In this document: positions 27,782 through 37,421 of the stretch, one piece after another
Numbering within the stretch: the first letter of the stretch is position 1
How the letters are laid out: every line of letters starts with the position of its first letter
Sequence record: DRR723986_3279
Length of the DNA stretch: 39,073 bases
Strand: one strand, 5' to 3'
Translations under genes and position numbers: made by a program
The notes under the pieces: model-generated
The model's input: only the letters and a program-made list of their open reading frames with translations
The model's database searches: none
Told to the model about the DNA's origin: nothing

Positions 27782-30172
27782 ATGCGGGAACTAGAAGTTC
27801 GCCTTGCATTGGTGTGTTTTGGCGGGTCATCGCTTGCTGTTTATATGAACGGTGTTTCGCATGAAGTGCTAAAACTGGTACGCGCATCCAAAGTATACCA
27901 CAGCCTATCCAGCGAAGAAAAAGCTGACCCATCCATTTCATTCAGCGACCGTGCGCCAGACCGGGGTTATACCACCGACACCGAAAGTCACTATTTTGAC
28001 TTGTTACGCATGATTGGTGGCAGCGTTGATCTGCATGTGATCGTTGATGTGATCTCCGGCGCGTCCGCTGGCGGTATAAACGGTATTTTCCTTGCCCGCG
28101 CTCTTGCCTACGATCTGGACTTTGACCCTCTGCGCGACATGTGGATGAAACTGGGCGACATTGAAGAATTAATGGAACGCGAAACGCTGGCTGAGCGTTG
28201 GAGCAAAATCTATATGTACCCGCTGATTTGGCTGTTCGGCAAACGCATATGGCAGGGCGAAAAACCCTATTTGGAAGCAAAGCAGAAATTGTCGCGTTTT
28301 ATTCGATCTCGCTGGTTTGAGCCACCCTTCTCCGGCAAACGTATGCTTGAGTGGATGATTGATGCAAACCACAGCATGGGCCAGGCCGCGCCCGGCTCTA
28401 GCTTACTGCCAACCGGACACCAGCTAGACTTGTTTGTCAGTCTGACAAATTTTTACGGCCAAGACCAATCCGTTAGCATGCACAATCCAGAGACAATCAA
28501 TGAAAAACAGCATTCTGTCAGTTTAAATTTTAGCCATGTGCAAGGCCGGCATTCGGCCCGTTATAGTGATTTTGATGATACCAATATACCGGGGCTAGGT
28601 TTTGCAGCCCGGGCCACATCCAGCTTTCCTGGGGCTTTTCCGCCCATGCGCCTGATTGATTTAAAAGACTATCTTAAAGAGTGTGGGGCGAACTGGGCCC
28701 ATGAAGCCAGCTTTATGGCGAAAAATTTTGACCATTTAACAGAAGACGCCATCAGCATTCAAAACATGAGCTTCATAGACGGCGGCGTAACCAACAACAA
28801 ACCGTTCGACAATGCCATTAAAACAGTCATTGACCGGCCCGCTCACCGTGAAGTTGATCGGCGGATTATCTTTGTCGACCCACGCCCAGCCGACCCGAAG
28901 CATCCCAACCCTACTCTGGATAAAAGTCTTGAGCCCAAGCCAAGGCCCCGGTTTTTTCGCACCATACTGTCGTCATTGGCAGAAATTCCGCGCGATGAAC
29001 CTATTCTTGGAGATTTGCAAGACATTGAAGAAAAAAACCGGCGCGCCCGGCGTTTTGAAACTGTTTTAAAGCGCATAGAACAAGACGTTTCGCAGTTAGT
29101 AGACAAGATTTTAATCCTGGAGCCGGGGCAAAAAGTGTCCACGGCCATGCTGGCTAGCTGGCGTGAACGCGCCCACGAACAGGCCCGCCAAGAGGCAGGT
29201 TTCGGTTACGGTAGCTATGCCGAATCTAAGGCTGTGCATTCCATTGAGCGGCTGAGCAAATTCCTAAAATCTTGGCAGCGAGTACATACTAAAAACAGTG
29301 AAACAGAGACACATGAAAGTGTCCCAAATTTACGGCAGCTAACCGACTGGGCCATAAAGTGCCGTTACATTGAAACTGACGATGAAGGCTGTCGGCAGGT
29401 GATCCCCTTCTTTCGCAAATATGATGTTGACTACCGCGTTCGGCGTATGCGTTTTTTGATTAAACGCCTAAACCGACATTTGCAGCAAAACCCACAGCCT
29501 GCCTCAAAAGAATCCATCGCCAAGCTAAAAGCCCATATTTACGACAGTATTGCCCGCTACCGGCAACGCTGGCAGCCAGATTTTTATGAAAACGCGCCCA
29601 TTACCGGAGACACTAACGCCCTTATGGTCAGTCTCGCAAAGCAAATGGGACTAGAAGACCTGGACTTTGAAGAAGATGAAATGCTAGCCACCGCTATTCA
29701 TACCATTGATGATGAAGCCACCCGCAAAACTCTATTTCATGCCTATGTAGGTTTCTCTTTTTATGATGTGCTTACCCTGCCCATGACTGCCCACACCGAC
29801 TTGATGGAGATTGATGAAATTCGAGTTGATCGCATTAGCCCTATCGATTGTAATTATGGGCACAGTCCCGACGACGAAGCGCAAGATGCCATTGAAAATG
29901 GACAAGAGCTCATGGGGGCCAAACTCTTCAACTTTGGGGCCTTTTTCAGCCGTAAAGCGCGCGAAAACGACTATATTTGGGGCAGAATTCATGCAGCCAA
30001 TCGGCTGGTTGACTTTGTTACTGACGCCGCTGGCACACCCGGTCTGACAGACCAGATTGAAGCAACAAAACTGCGGCGGAAACTGGCGCTATCAATCATT
30101 AAGGCTGAGGCAAAGCACACTCTTGAAAGCGAGGAGCTAATTGAAAAGCTTAGGAAAAAATATGCGCTTTAA
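27782..30172 (+). CDS. Patatin-like phospholipase with C-terminal DUF3376-type region
   Basis: ELEVRLALVCFGGSSLAVYM, GASAG (Ser), ATSSFPGAF, DGG (Asp) and FGAFFSRKARENDYIWGR motifs. Confidence 0.92.
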   Translation: MRELEVRLALVCFGGSSLAVYMNGVSHEVLKLVRASKVYHSLSSEEKADPSISFSDRAPDRGYTTDTESHYFDLLRMIGGSVDLHVIVDVISGASAGGINGIFLARALAYDLDFDPLRDMWMKLGDIEELMERETLAERWSKIYMYPLIWLFGKRIWQGEKPYLEAKQKLSRFIRSRWFEPPFSGKRMLEWMIDANHSMGQAAPGSSLLPTGHQLDLFVSLTNFYGQDQSVSMHNPETINEKQHSVSLNFSHVQGRHSARYSDFDDTNIPGLGFAARATSSFPGAFPPMRLIDLKDYLKECGANWAHEASFMAKNFDHLTEDAISIQNMSFIDGGVTNNKPFDNAIKTVIDRPAHREVDRRIIFVDPRPADPKHPNPTLDKSLEPKPRPRFFRTILSSLAEIPRDEPILGDLQDIEEKNRRARRFETVLKRIEQDVSQLVDKILILEPGQKVSTAMLASWRERAHEQARQEAGFGYGSYAESKAVHSIERLSKFLKSWQRVHTKNSETETHESVPNLRQLTDWAIKCRYIETDDEGCRQVIPFFRKYDVDYRVRRMRFLIKRLNRHLQQNPQPASKESIAKLKAHIYDSIARYRQRWQPDFYENAPITGDTNALMVSLAKQMGLEDLDFEEDEMLATAIHTIDDEATRKTLFHAYVGFSFYDVLTLPMTAHTDLMEIDEIRVDRISPIDCNYGHSPDDEAQDAIENGQELMGAKLFNFGAFFSRKARENDYIWGRIHAANRLVDFVTDAAGTPGLTDQIEATKLRRKLALSIIKAEAKHTLESEELIEKLRKKYAL

Positions 30173-30203
30173 GCCACTAAGCACCAAACAGCGATATATA
30201 CCG

Positions 30204-31649
30204 CTAGCCGGAAAGCCCGCCCATTAGGCAATATTTCATCTCCAAATATTCTTCCAATCCGTAGCGCGACCCTTCGCGGCCAATGCCCGATTCTTTCACA
30301 CCGCCAAACGGGGCTACTTCAGTGGATAATATGCCTTCATTGACACCAACCATACCGTACTCCAGCGCTTCGGAGACCCGCCAAACCCGACCCAAATCAC
30401 GGGCGTAAAAATACGCTGCGAGGCCATAAGGCGTATCGTTTGCAAGGCCTATCACTTCTTCCTCGGTTTCAAACTTAAACACCGGCGCAACCGGGCCGAA
30501 TATCTCGGCTTGGGCAATGGCCATATCAGCGCGCGCGCCTGCCAGCACAGTAGGCTGATAGAAGTTACCGCCCAGACCACCACCCAGCACCGCACGACCG
30601 CCGCCAACAACTGCCATAGCACCGTCAGTTGTGGCACTTTCAACCAATTTTTCTACCTTATCCACAGCCGCCGCATTTATAAGGGGGCCAACTTCAATGC
30701 CCTCCGTTGCGCCGTTACCAATGGAAAGGGCGGCCACGCGGGCCGAGAATTTTTCAACAAACTCATCATAAACGCCGCTTTGAACAAAAAAGCGATTTGC
30801 GCATACGCAGGTTTGCCCGGCGTTACGGTATTTAGACGCCATCGCGCCATCAAGAGCCGCATCAATGTCAGCATCATCAAACACAATAAACGGCGCATTG
30901 CCACCAAGCTCCATGCTGGCTTTTTTAACTGTATCGGCTGCTTGCCGCATAAGAATTTTACCAACGGCGGTTGAGCCAGTGAACGATATTTTCTTAATAT
31001 CAGGGTGGGTGGTCAGCACCTTGCCCACATCCGCCGGGCTGCGAGTGGTGACAATTTTAAACACGCCCTCCGGTATGCCCGCCTTATACGCCAGTTTTTC
31101 AAGCGCCAATGCTGACAGCGGTGTTGCCTCAGCAGGCTTTACGATCATTGGGCAACCCGCCGCCAAAGCAGGTGCGGCCTTGCGGGTGATCATAGCAACA
31201 GGGAAATTCCAAGGTGTAATGGCAGAGACCACACCGATAGGCTGCTTAATCACAACAATACGCGCACCCGCATTATGGGTTGGCACCACATCACCGTATG
31301 CTCGCTTGGCTTCTTCGGCGAACCATTCAAGAAACGACGCACCGTATAAGACTTCGCCGCGCGCTTCAACTAATGGCTTGCCGCATTCTGCGGTGATCAA
31401 CTGCGCCAACTCTTCCTGGTGATCAAGCATCAATTGATACCAACGCCTTAAGACAATGGACCTTTCCTTGGCGGTTTTTTTCGCCCACGCCGGGAAAGCA
31501 TCTGTTGCCTCACTAATACAGCCTGAAACCTCCTCGACTGAATAGTCACGCACGGTTGCAAGTAAGGCACCAGTTGCAGGGTTCTCAACCGTAAGGCCAT
31601 CGCCTGAAATTACATAATCGTCCAGCAAGCTTGTGATCTCTGCAGCCAT
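30204..31649 (-). CDS. gabD: NAD(P)-dependent succinate-semialdehyde dehydrogenase
   Basis: ITPWNFP, FTGST, MELGGNAP, RNAGQTCVC, EIFGP and PFGGVKESG motifs; GGAGG before ATG 31649. Confidence 0.93.
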   Translation of the reverse strand: MAAEITSLLDDYVISGDGLTVENPATGALLATVRDYSVEEVSGCISEATDAFPAWAKKTAKERSIVLRRWYQLMLDHQEELAQLITAECGKPLVEARGEVLYGASFLEWFAEEAKRAYGDVVPTHNAGARIVVIKQPIGVVSAITPWNFPVAMITRKAAPALAAGCPMIVKPAEATPLSALALEKLAYKAGIPEGVFKIVTTRSPADVGKVLTTHPDIKKISFTGSTAVGKILMRQAADTVKKASMELGGNAPFIVFDDADIDAALDGAMASKYRNAGQTCVCANRFFVQSGVYDEFVEKFSARVAALSIGNGATEGIEVGPLINAAAVDKVEKLVESATTDGAMAVVGGGRAVLGGGLGGNFYQPTVLAGARADMAIAQAEIFGPVAPVFKFETEEEVIGLANDTPYGLAAYFYARDLGRVWRVSEALEYGMVGVNEGILSTEVAPFGGVKESGIGREGSRYGLEEYLEMKYCLMGGLSG

Positions 31650-31915
31650 GTAAACCTCCCATGATAATACCGCGGGACGACCATCCCGTTTTTCAACCTG
31701 AAAGTAAGTCGGGGCGATTAAAACTGCAACCTTGATACCGACTTTTATTAGCCACACGTAACGCGCGCTTTGCCGCTAAATAACGGACCGTTCACTTGCT
31801 GTTCACGACAGCTGTTGCACCATGGCAGATATTATATGATAAATACCGTCAATCGTGCGCAAACGGCGTTGACCAAGCGACTTACCGCACTACCTGATTG
31901 CGAGGGAGAGAAAAT

Positions 31916-33190
31916 ATGTTCAAGAAACCATTCATTGCCTTACTGGCGATTGCATTTACCATTTCCGGCACGCTGGTACCAAGCGCATCTGCTGCACAAG
32001 TAACTAGCCCTGCTGAGGCTGGCCTCACAGAAGAAGGCCTCGCTGCCCTTAAAACGCATATTCAAGAATATATTGATAACGGCAGATTGGCCGGTGCCAC
32101 AACATTGGTTTCTCGCGGTGGAAAGATTGGCCATTTCGAGACATACGGGCATATTAACAAGGAAAATGGCATAGAGATGTCGGAAGACGCTGTTTTTCGC
32201 ATTTATTCCATGACCAAACCGATTACCGGTGTTGCCTTGATGATGCTATATGAAGAAGGCAAATTCAAACTGGACGACCCCGTGTCAAAATACCTGCCGT
32301 CTTTCAAAGACCAGCGTGTTTTCAGCGGCGTGAACGAAGATGGTTCCCTGCAAACGGTGCCTGCTGACCAACCTGCTACAATTCGTCATTTGTTAACCCA
32401 TACCGCTGGGCTGACATACGGTGTTTTCGGCAACACTCCCATTGACCAGCTCTATGTTAAATCAGGCATTTTCAGCCCGAAAATGACACTAACCGAGCAG
32501 ACCAAAAAATTAGGCGAGCTACCGCTGCTGTACCACCCCGGGGCTGCTTGGGTTTACTCGTTGTCTGTAGATGTACAGGGCCGCCTAATCGAAGTGCTGT
32601 CCGGCAAATCATTGGGGGCATTTTTCCAGGAACGTATCTTTGCACCACTAGGCATGAATGACACCGGCTTCTCGGTTCGCCCGGACCAGCTTGATCGTTT
32701 TTCAGAAATTTACGCGCCGGAAGAAGGTAAAGGCCTTGTTGCTTACCGCGGAGACTTCTTTGGTGATTTCACCGTTAAGCCCGCGTCTGAAAGTGGCGGT
32801 GGCGGCCTTGTGTCAACCACGATGGATTATTGGAAATTTGCGCAAATGGTCGCAAACGGCGGCGAACTAAATGGTGTTCGCCTCCTCAAGGCTGAAACCA
32901 TTGAGATGATGCGCCGTGACCATCTGCCAGAAAACCTAAACGGTATCGCTGGCGGTACGCAGGGACTGGGCTTTGGCCTTGGCTTTGCTGTCGTACAGGA
33001 CAGTGAAAAGCAGGGCGGCAACGCCAACGTGGGCGAATATTTCTGGGGCGGCATGGCCAACACCATTTTCTGGATTGACCCAACCAATGACGTGGTTGCC
33101 ATTTTTATGACCAATATCTTGCCGTCAGGTATTTACCCTCTAAGGAATGAACTGCGCGACAAGATAAATAACGCAGTTGCGGCAAACTGA
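31916..33190 (+). CDS. Serine hydrolase, beta-lactamase-related (family VIII esterase-like), exported
   Basis: FRIYSMTK (SxxK), LLTHTAG, WVYS and WGG motifs; GAGGGAG RBS; signal peptide. Confidence 0.92.
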   Translation: MFKKPFIALLAIAFTISGTLVPSASAAQVTSPAEAGLTEEGLAALKTHIQEYIDNGRLAGATTLVSRGGKIGHFETYGHINKENGIEMSEDAVFRIYSMTKPITGVALMMLYEEGKFKLDDPVSKYLPSFKDQRVFSGVNEDGSLQTVPADQPATIRHLLTHTAGLTYGVFGNTPIDQLYVKSGIFSPKMTLTEQTKKLGELPLLYHPGAAWVYSLSVDVQGRLIEVLSGKSLGAFFQERIFAPLGMNDTGFSVRPDQLDRFSEIYAPEEGKGLVAYRGDFFGDFTVKPASESGGGGLVSTTMDYWKFAQMVANGGELNGVRLLKAETIEMMRRDHLPENLNGIAGGTQGLGFGLGFAVVQDSEKQGGNANVGEYFWGGMANTIFWIDPTNDVVAIFMTNILPSGIYPLRNELRDKINNAVAAN

Positions 33191-33220
33191 AGCTGAAAAC
33201 ACGAGACATTCACACAAGCG

Positions 33221-33247
33221 AAAAAGCGGGCAATTGCCCGCTTTTTT
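33221..33247. terminator. Bidirectional intrinsic terminator
   Basis: Perfect palindrome AAAAAGCGGGCAATTGCCCGCTTTTT between convergent genes. Confidence 0.92.
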
Positions 33248-33642
33248 TATACCACTGCAATGCTACCCCTCGGCAATCCCGCTAGGCTGCCGCGATCAAG
33301 CAATGTAACCAACTGTCCAAGCTTTGCACCCGCTTCCAGTTTCACAACAATAATCTGGCTTTCATGTTCCATATGAAACTTTTTCATCAATGCGATAGCT
33401 GCATCCATATTCACAGAATAGCCCTGATAAAGAATACGCTGGTCTGAAGCCAATTGAAGTAAAAGCCCATCCTCAGTACTTATAGGTGGCACCGGCCCAG
33501 CTTGTGGTCGATCAACATCCAACCCGGGTTCAAGCGTAAAACTTGCTGTTACAACAAAGAAAATGATCAGAATAAACACAATGTCCAACATGGGTGTCGT
33601 ATCTGGCGCATCATCTTTACTTGGGTGTATGGATTTGGCCAT
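33247..33642 (-). CDS. exbD: ExbD/TolR family protein (third, divergent copy)
   Basis: TPMLDIVFILIIFFVVTASF TM segment with the conserved Asp. Confidence 0.88.
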   Translation of the reverse strand: MAKSIHPSKDDAPDTTPMLDIVFILIIFFVVTASFTLEPGLDVDRPQAGPVPPISTEDGLLLQLASDQRILYQGYSVNMDAAIALMKKFHMEHESQIIVVKLEAGAKLGQLVTLLDRGSLAGLPRGSIAVV

Positions 33643-33652
33643 ATCGTCTACT

Positions 33653-34264
33653 CTATTCTGACATATTAAAGCTAAAGCGGTAACGAACACCGGCAACAGA
33701 TTGTGGGTTGCCGCTCACAACTCTCGGTTTGTATTTAAACTTAGAGGCCGCCTTAATGGCTGTTTTGTCAAAAACGCCAGTTGGTTCGGCGTCAACAATC
33801 ACAACTGAGCCAGGAACCACTGCGCCGTCAAACCCAACGGTCAGTTCAACAACGGCATAACCCTCAATGCCTTGCTGCTGCGCCCGGCGTGGATATTGAG
33901 GTTGCACCCGAACAATGGGTAAGTAGTCACCGTCAGTTTGGCCGCTGATACCAATCAAGCCTGGATTGGGATCAGGGTCAGTGCGCGGAATACCCGTGCT
34001 GATCTTGCCTGGTTTGGGTATGTCTATAGGCGGCTCCTCAAGCCCAGGGGGCTGAACCTCCACCTCCGGCGGTTTTGGAATATCTCTGACTTTACGTTGT
34101 GGCGGCTCGTCAATAATATCTTGAATAACCGGAAGATACCGTTGTCTTTCCTGTTCAATAACAACGTTATTATCGCCGCCAACCAAGGCCTGCATGCCAT
34201 AAAACAAACCAGCCGTGGCAACCATTGCCAAAGGACCAGCTGCATATAATTTCATCGATTTCAT
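33653..34264 (-). CDS. tonB: Energy transducer TonB (second copy)
   Basis: N-terminal TM, Pro-rich linker, PQYPRRA C-terminal domain; AGGAG 6 nt before ATG 34264 (in-frame GTG at 34267). Confidence 0.92.
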   Translation of the reverse strand: MKSMKLYAAGPLAMVATAGLFYGMQALVGGDNNVVIEQERQRYLPVIQDIIDEPPQRKVRDIPKPPEVEVQPPGLEEPPIDIPKPGKISTGIPRTDPDPNPGLIGISGQTDGDYLPIVRVQPQYPRRAQQQGIEGYAVVELTVGFDGAVVPGSVVIVDAEPTGVFDKTAIKAASKFKYKPRVVSGNPQSVAGVRYRFSFNMSE

Positions 34265-34345
34265 CACCCTCTCCTTTTGTTATAGTATTACGATATAGTA
34301 ACTTTAGTTATATGTAAAGTTATATAATAACAAAAGGAGAGGGTG
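34265..34345. repeat. Perfect 19-bp inverted repeat enclosing a 43-bp AT-rich spacer
   Basis: CACCCTCTCCTTTTGTTAT (34265-34283) and ATAACAAAAGGAGAGGGTG (34327-34345). Confidence 0.95.
34278..34332. promoter_or_regulatory. Two Zur-like boxes upstream of the second tonB
   Basis: TGTTATAGTATTACG (34278-34292) and AGTTATATAATAACA (34318-34332) resemble the proteobacterial Zur core TGTTATAnTATAACA. Confidence 0.65.
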
Positions 34346-34407
34346 GACCTTTTAGGTCAAAGCACATTCATGAAATTAGAATTGGTTTTGAAGGTAATAA
34401 AGGCGCT

Positions 34408-34713
34408 TTAGAAGCGGCCTTTATACGTAAGAAGCCTAATGACTAGGCTGCCCAGCGTTAACGTCCCGCCCCACACCATAAACATAAGTCCAAGTCCAAG
34501 AAGGAATTGCACCAGCCCTATTAGAATGCTTGGCAGGCTATGAAAAGATGACACAAACGTACCAAGATAAAAGAGGATAGCTCCAGTGGCATAAAGCAGC
34601 CCTGTGGTCACGATATAGTCTCGCCACCGATAAAACCCCGTGCTGATCTCATCGAACATCATCACGAGCGTACCAAGGGCGATTATTGCAGCTATAGCCA
34701 TCATCCAAATCAT
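34408..34713 (-). CDS. Hypothetical three-TM membrane protein
   Basis: 101-aa hydrophobic ORF filling the gap between the two TonB units; no clear RBS. Confidence 0.6.
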   Translation of the reverse strand: MIWMMAIAAIIALGTLVMMFDEISTGFYRWRDYIVTTGLLYATGAILFYLGTFVSSFHSLPSILIGLVQFLLGLGLMFMVWGGTLTLGSLVIRLLTYKGRF

Positions 34714-34802
34714 TGTGTGAGTTTAAAAGCCGGGCTTGAAGTTGCAAGCATTTCTCTTGCCGCGCGAGATAATTGGCCAGGAAACCACGCCGTGTACAAA
34801 TG

Positions 34803-34832
34803 AAAACGGCGCCACCTTTAAGGTAGCGCCGC
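34803..34832 (-). terminator. Intrinsic terminator of the main TonB operon
   Basis: Minus strand GCGGCGCTACC-TTAAA-GGTGGCGCCGT followed by TTT. Confidence 0.8.
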
Positions 34833-34870
34833 TCAAAAATTGTTAGTGAATTGCCAGAAAGTAAAAAGCG

Positions 34871-36274
34871 TTACCCGCCTGTGAGCAATTTCTCACGGGC
34901 TTCTTCGCCGTTCATATATTTCCGCCAACTGGCAACAGCCTTGCGGTCTCTTTCCGTTTTTGCCAAACGAGACGCTTGACGGAAGGCATCTTTTGCTTCC
35001 TTGAAGCGCTTAAGTTCAGTCAAGGCCTGACCGCGCATCATAACACCCGCTAACAGCTTACTGGCGTTCCTACTAGCGTTTTTGGTATCGTCCTCAAATG
35101 CTTTGATCATTTTGGTGAAAGATTTTTCTGCATCTTCATACCGGTCAAGCTGCATTTGCACTTGGCCAATTTGAAGCCACAAATCACCGTCACTATCTTC
35201 AGCAGCAGCCAACGAAAGTGGCTCTAGTGCTTTGCGATAGTCACTGGCTTGCATGTAGCACTGACCCATTAGCTTTTGGTTTTTCGCGACATTTTCAATT
35301 AGCTCTTCTTCAAGGGCACGTTTCATAATCCATGCACATTTAATCGGTGCACTACGGCTCATCTGAATTTGAGCTACGTTGATAATCTGAGCTTCCCGCT
35401 CATCCAAAAAGCCTTGCTTATAGGCTGCTTCGAGAAGGGAGTAGAAAGTCTCTTCTTGATTAAGCTCTTGATACACACTTGCCAACTGAACCCAGTAGCG
35501 CGGGGTTGGCCAATTCAGAATAAGGGTAACCAGCGTATCACGAACCGCCGGGAAGTTACCCAATTCATAATGGGCCGAGAGCAGCAAGCTATACCAATTT
35601 TCCTTAACCTCAACCGTGTCAACCAATTCAGCATCGGCAATGGCATTCTCGATATAGTTGATCGATTTAGCATATTCTGAATTGGAATAATAAAGCTGGG
35701 CAATAAACACCTTCTGATTAACGCCGATTAAGGCCGGATCAACAGCAGAAACTGCTTCTTCCCAACGCACAACGTAATCAATTGCTTTATTCAAGTCTTC
35801 CACCTGAAAGTAAAGCTGAGAAAGGTTGAACATAATGCCATGTTCTTGGGCAACAGGGATCGACTCTTTAAACTCAAGCACCTTCTCAAATGCTCTGATC
35901 GCCCCCATCGTGTCTTCTTTTTCGAAAGCAACCTGCGCTTTATATTGATAGACAATTGACCGGGCATAATCATTTACACCGCGACCTTCCAAAGCATCGT
36001 CGAGAAGCTCTTCCGCTCTTGCAAGCCGTTGTGCTTGTGTCGCCTTCAAATCGGCTTCAGACATTTCTTCCGGCTGCAGCGTTTCCTGAATTTTTTCCAG
36101 CTTCTTCTGGAAATTGAGCGGAATCGCCTGCACTTTGCGGGTTTTTTGCTTTTTCTTGGGTTCTTCCTGCGCAACGGCTTCGCTTGAAAGCTGTGTGCCT
36201 TCAGGGATTGGCATAACCGCCAATACAGCTGCTGCTGCCAAGCACATTGGTATGGATTTAAAATACTGTACCAT
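34871..36274 (-). CDS. Exported TPR-repeat protein of the TonB operon (TtpD-like)
   Basis: Signal peptide, repeated helical TPR-like units (LSQLYFQ, YWVQLASVY, LWLQIGQV); position directly after tonB. Confidence 0.85.
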   Translation of the reverse strand: MVQYFKSIPMCLAAAAVLAVMPIPEGTQLSSEAVAQEEPKKKQKTRKVQAIPLNFQKKLEKIQETLQPEEMSEADLKATQAQRLARAEELLDDALEGRGVNDYARSIVYQYKAQVAFEKEDTMGAIRAFEKVLEFKESIPVAQEHGIMFNLSQLYFQVEDLNKAIDYVVRWEEAVSAVDPALIGVNQKVFIAQLYYSNSEYAKSINYIENAIADAELVDTVEVKENWYSLLLSAHYELGNFPAVRDTLVTLILNWPTPRYWVQLASVYQELNQEETFYSLLEAAYKQGFLDEREAQIINVAQIQMSRSAPIKCAWIMKRALEEELIENVAKNQKLMGQCYMQASDYRKALEPLSLAAAEDSDGDLWLQIGQVQMQLDRYEDAEKSFTKMIKAFEDDTKNASRNASKLLAGVMMRGQALTELKRFKEAKDAFRQASRLAKTERDRKAVASWRKYMNGEEAREKLLTGG

Positions 36275-36295
36275 GATCAAATCTTTCGTTTGTCG

Positions 36296-36916
36296 TTACT
36301 TCTCTGCCAAATTAAAGCTGAACCGATACCGAACGCCGGTCACTTCCTGACCTTCGCCGTTAATGATTTTCGGCTTATATTTGAACTTTGCCGCTGCCTT
36401 AATCGCCGCACGTTCAAAATAGCCTTTTGGCTCTGCCTCAATCACGACAATCGAGTCTGTTGGCACGGTGCCATCCGCGGCAACTGTCAGCTCAACAATA
36501 GCGTAGCCTTCAACACCACGTTCTTGTGCACGGCGCGGATACTGCGGCTGTACACGTACAAGCGGTAGATAGTCACCGTCAGTTGATGCACCAAGATTAA
36601 TTTGGCCCAGGTCAACATTCGCGCCTGAGTTAGCACGACCAATGGACAGATTAAGCTTGTCCGGGCCTTGAACGTCCAGCTGCGGCGTGTCAATTTCCGG
36701 CGGCGGTGCTTCCACTTCCGGTGGCTTCTCAACTTCCCGTTCCATACGTTCCGGTGGCTGATCTTCAATGTCTTGAACGACATCGATGAATCTGGCCCGA
36801 TTATTCTCGTCAAGGTTCACTTCGCCGTCACCCGCAACAAGATAGTTCATCACGAGAAACAGGCCAAAAGTGACCCCCGATGCAGCGGCCAATGATGTGG
36901 CGAACCGAGCAATCAT
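36296..36916 (-). CDS. tonB: Energy transducer TonB
   Basis: N-terminal TM, Pro/Glu linker, YLPLVRVQPQYPRRA C-terminal domain; TAATG coupling to exbD. Confidence 0.95.
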   Translation of the reverse strand: MIARFATSLAAASGVTFGLFLVMNYLVAGDGEVNLDENNRARFIDVVQDIEDQPPERMEREVEKPPEVEAPPPEIDTPQLDVQGPDKLNLSIGRANSGANVDLGQINLGASTDGDYLPLVRVQPQYPRRAQERGVEGYAIVELTVAADGTVPTDSIVVIEAEPKGYFERAAIKAAAKFKYKPKIINGEGQEVTGVRYRFSFNLAEK

Positions 36917-37314
36917 TAGTTTGTCTCCGTAGCTATAGCTATCACTTCGACACCAGCGTCGCGGACAGCATCATAAACTTTCATAACCAGCACCGCATCC
37001 GACTCTTCGTCGCCCTGAATGGCAACAGACCCCTTCGGATTCTCGGCATGCAGTTTTTCAACCGCCGTTCTCAGCGCTTCAATTTTCGTGACTTCGCGGT
37101 TGATGTAAACTTCATCATTAGCTGTCACCGCAATCAAAATACTCACTTGCTTTTGAAGCTCAGCGGTTTCCGCTTCTGGTTTCAGCACAGTGATACCGGC
37201 TTCTTTCACGAAAACCGCCGTTACGATGAAGAAAATCAGCATGATAAACACGATGTCGAGCATCGGTGTCATGTTGATCTCAGTATCGTCTTCCTGTTGC
37301 GAATGGTTACGCAT
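36916..37314 (-). CDS. exbD: ExbD/TolR family protein
   Basis: EINMTPMLDIVFIMLIFFIVT motif; GGAG before ATG 37314. Confidence 0.95.
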   Translation of the reverse strand: MRNHSQQEDDTEINMTPMLDIVFIMLIFFIVTAVFVKEAGITVLKPEAETAELQKQVSILIAVTANDEVYINREVTKIEALRTAVEKLHAENPKGSVAIQGDEESDAVLVMKVYDAVRDAGVEVIAIATETN

Positions 37315-37393
37315 TCTATTCTCCAATTCACTCGTACTTGTGCGAGTGCCTAGCCCCTCAAAACCCTGTCTAACGCCCTAAACGGGGTTAGCC

Positions 37394-37421
37394 TGAAACG
37401 GCGGGGCGCAAAAGCCCCGCC
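37394..37421 (-). terminator. Intra-operon GC hairpin (attenuator or stability element)
   Basis: GGCGGGGC-TTTTGC-GCCCCGCC followed by a short GTTTCA tract, 5 nt after the exbD stop. Confidence 0.55.

Noticed and set aside
27782-30172. Patatin considered as an anti-phage (CBASS CapV-like) effector
   Set aside because: No cyclase or other defence genes nearby; it is the long DUF3376-type form in a housekeeping neighbourhood.
31650-31757. 36-aa N-terminal extension of gabD
   Set aside because: A strong GGAGG precedes ATG 31649, and the extension has no ALDH similarity.
31916-33190. Serine hydrolase considered as an antibiotic-resistance beta-lactamase
   Set aside because: SMTK, LLTHTAG and WGG motifs fit family VIII esterase-like proteins; it lacks the YxN/KTG pattern of AmpC.
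34343-34411. 22-codon plus-strand ORF (MDLLGQSTFMKLELVLKVIKAL) after the right inverted-repeat arm
   Set aside because: The GTG is only 3 nt from AGGAG, and the SD is simply the mirror of the tonB RBS; no independent support.
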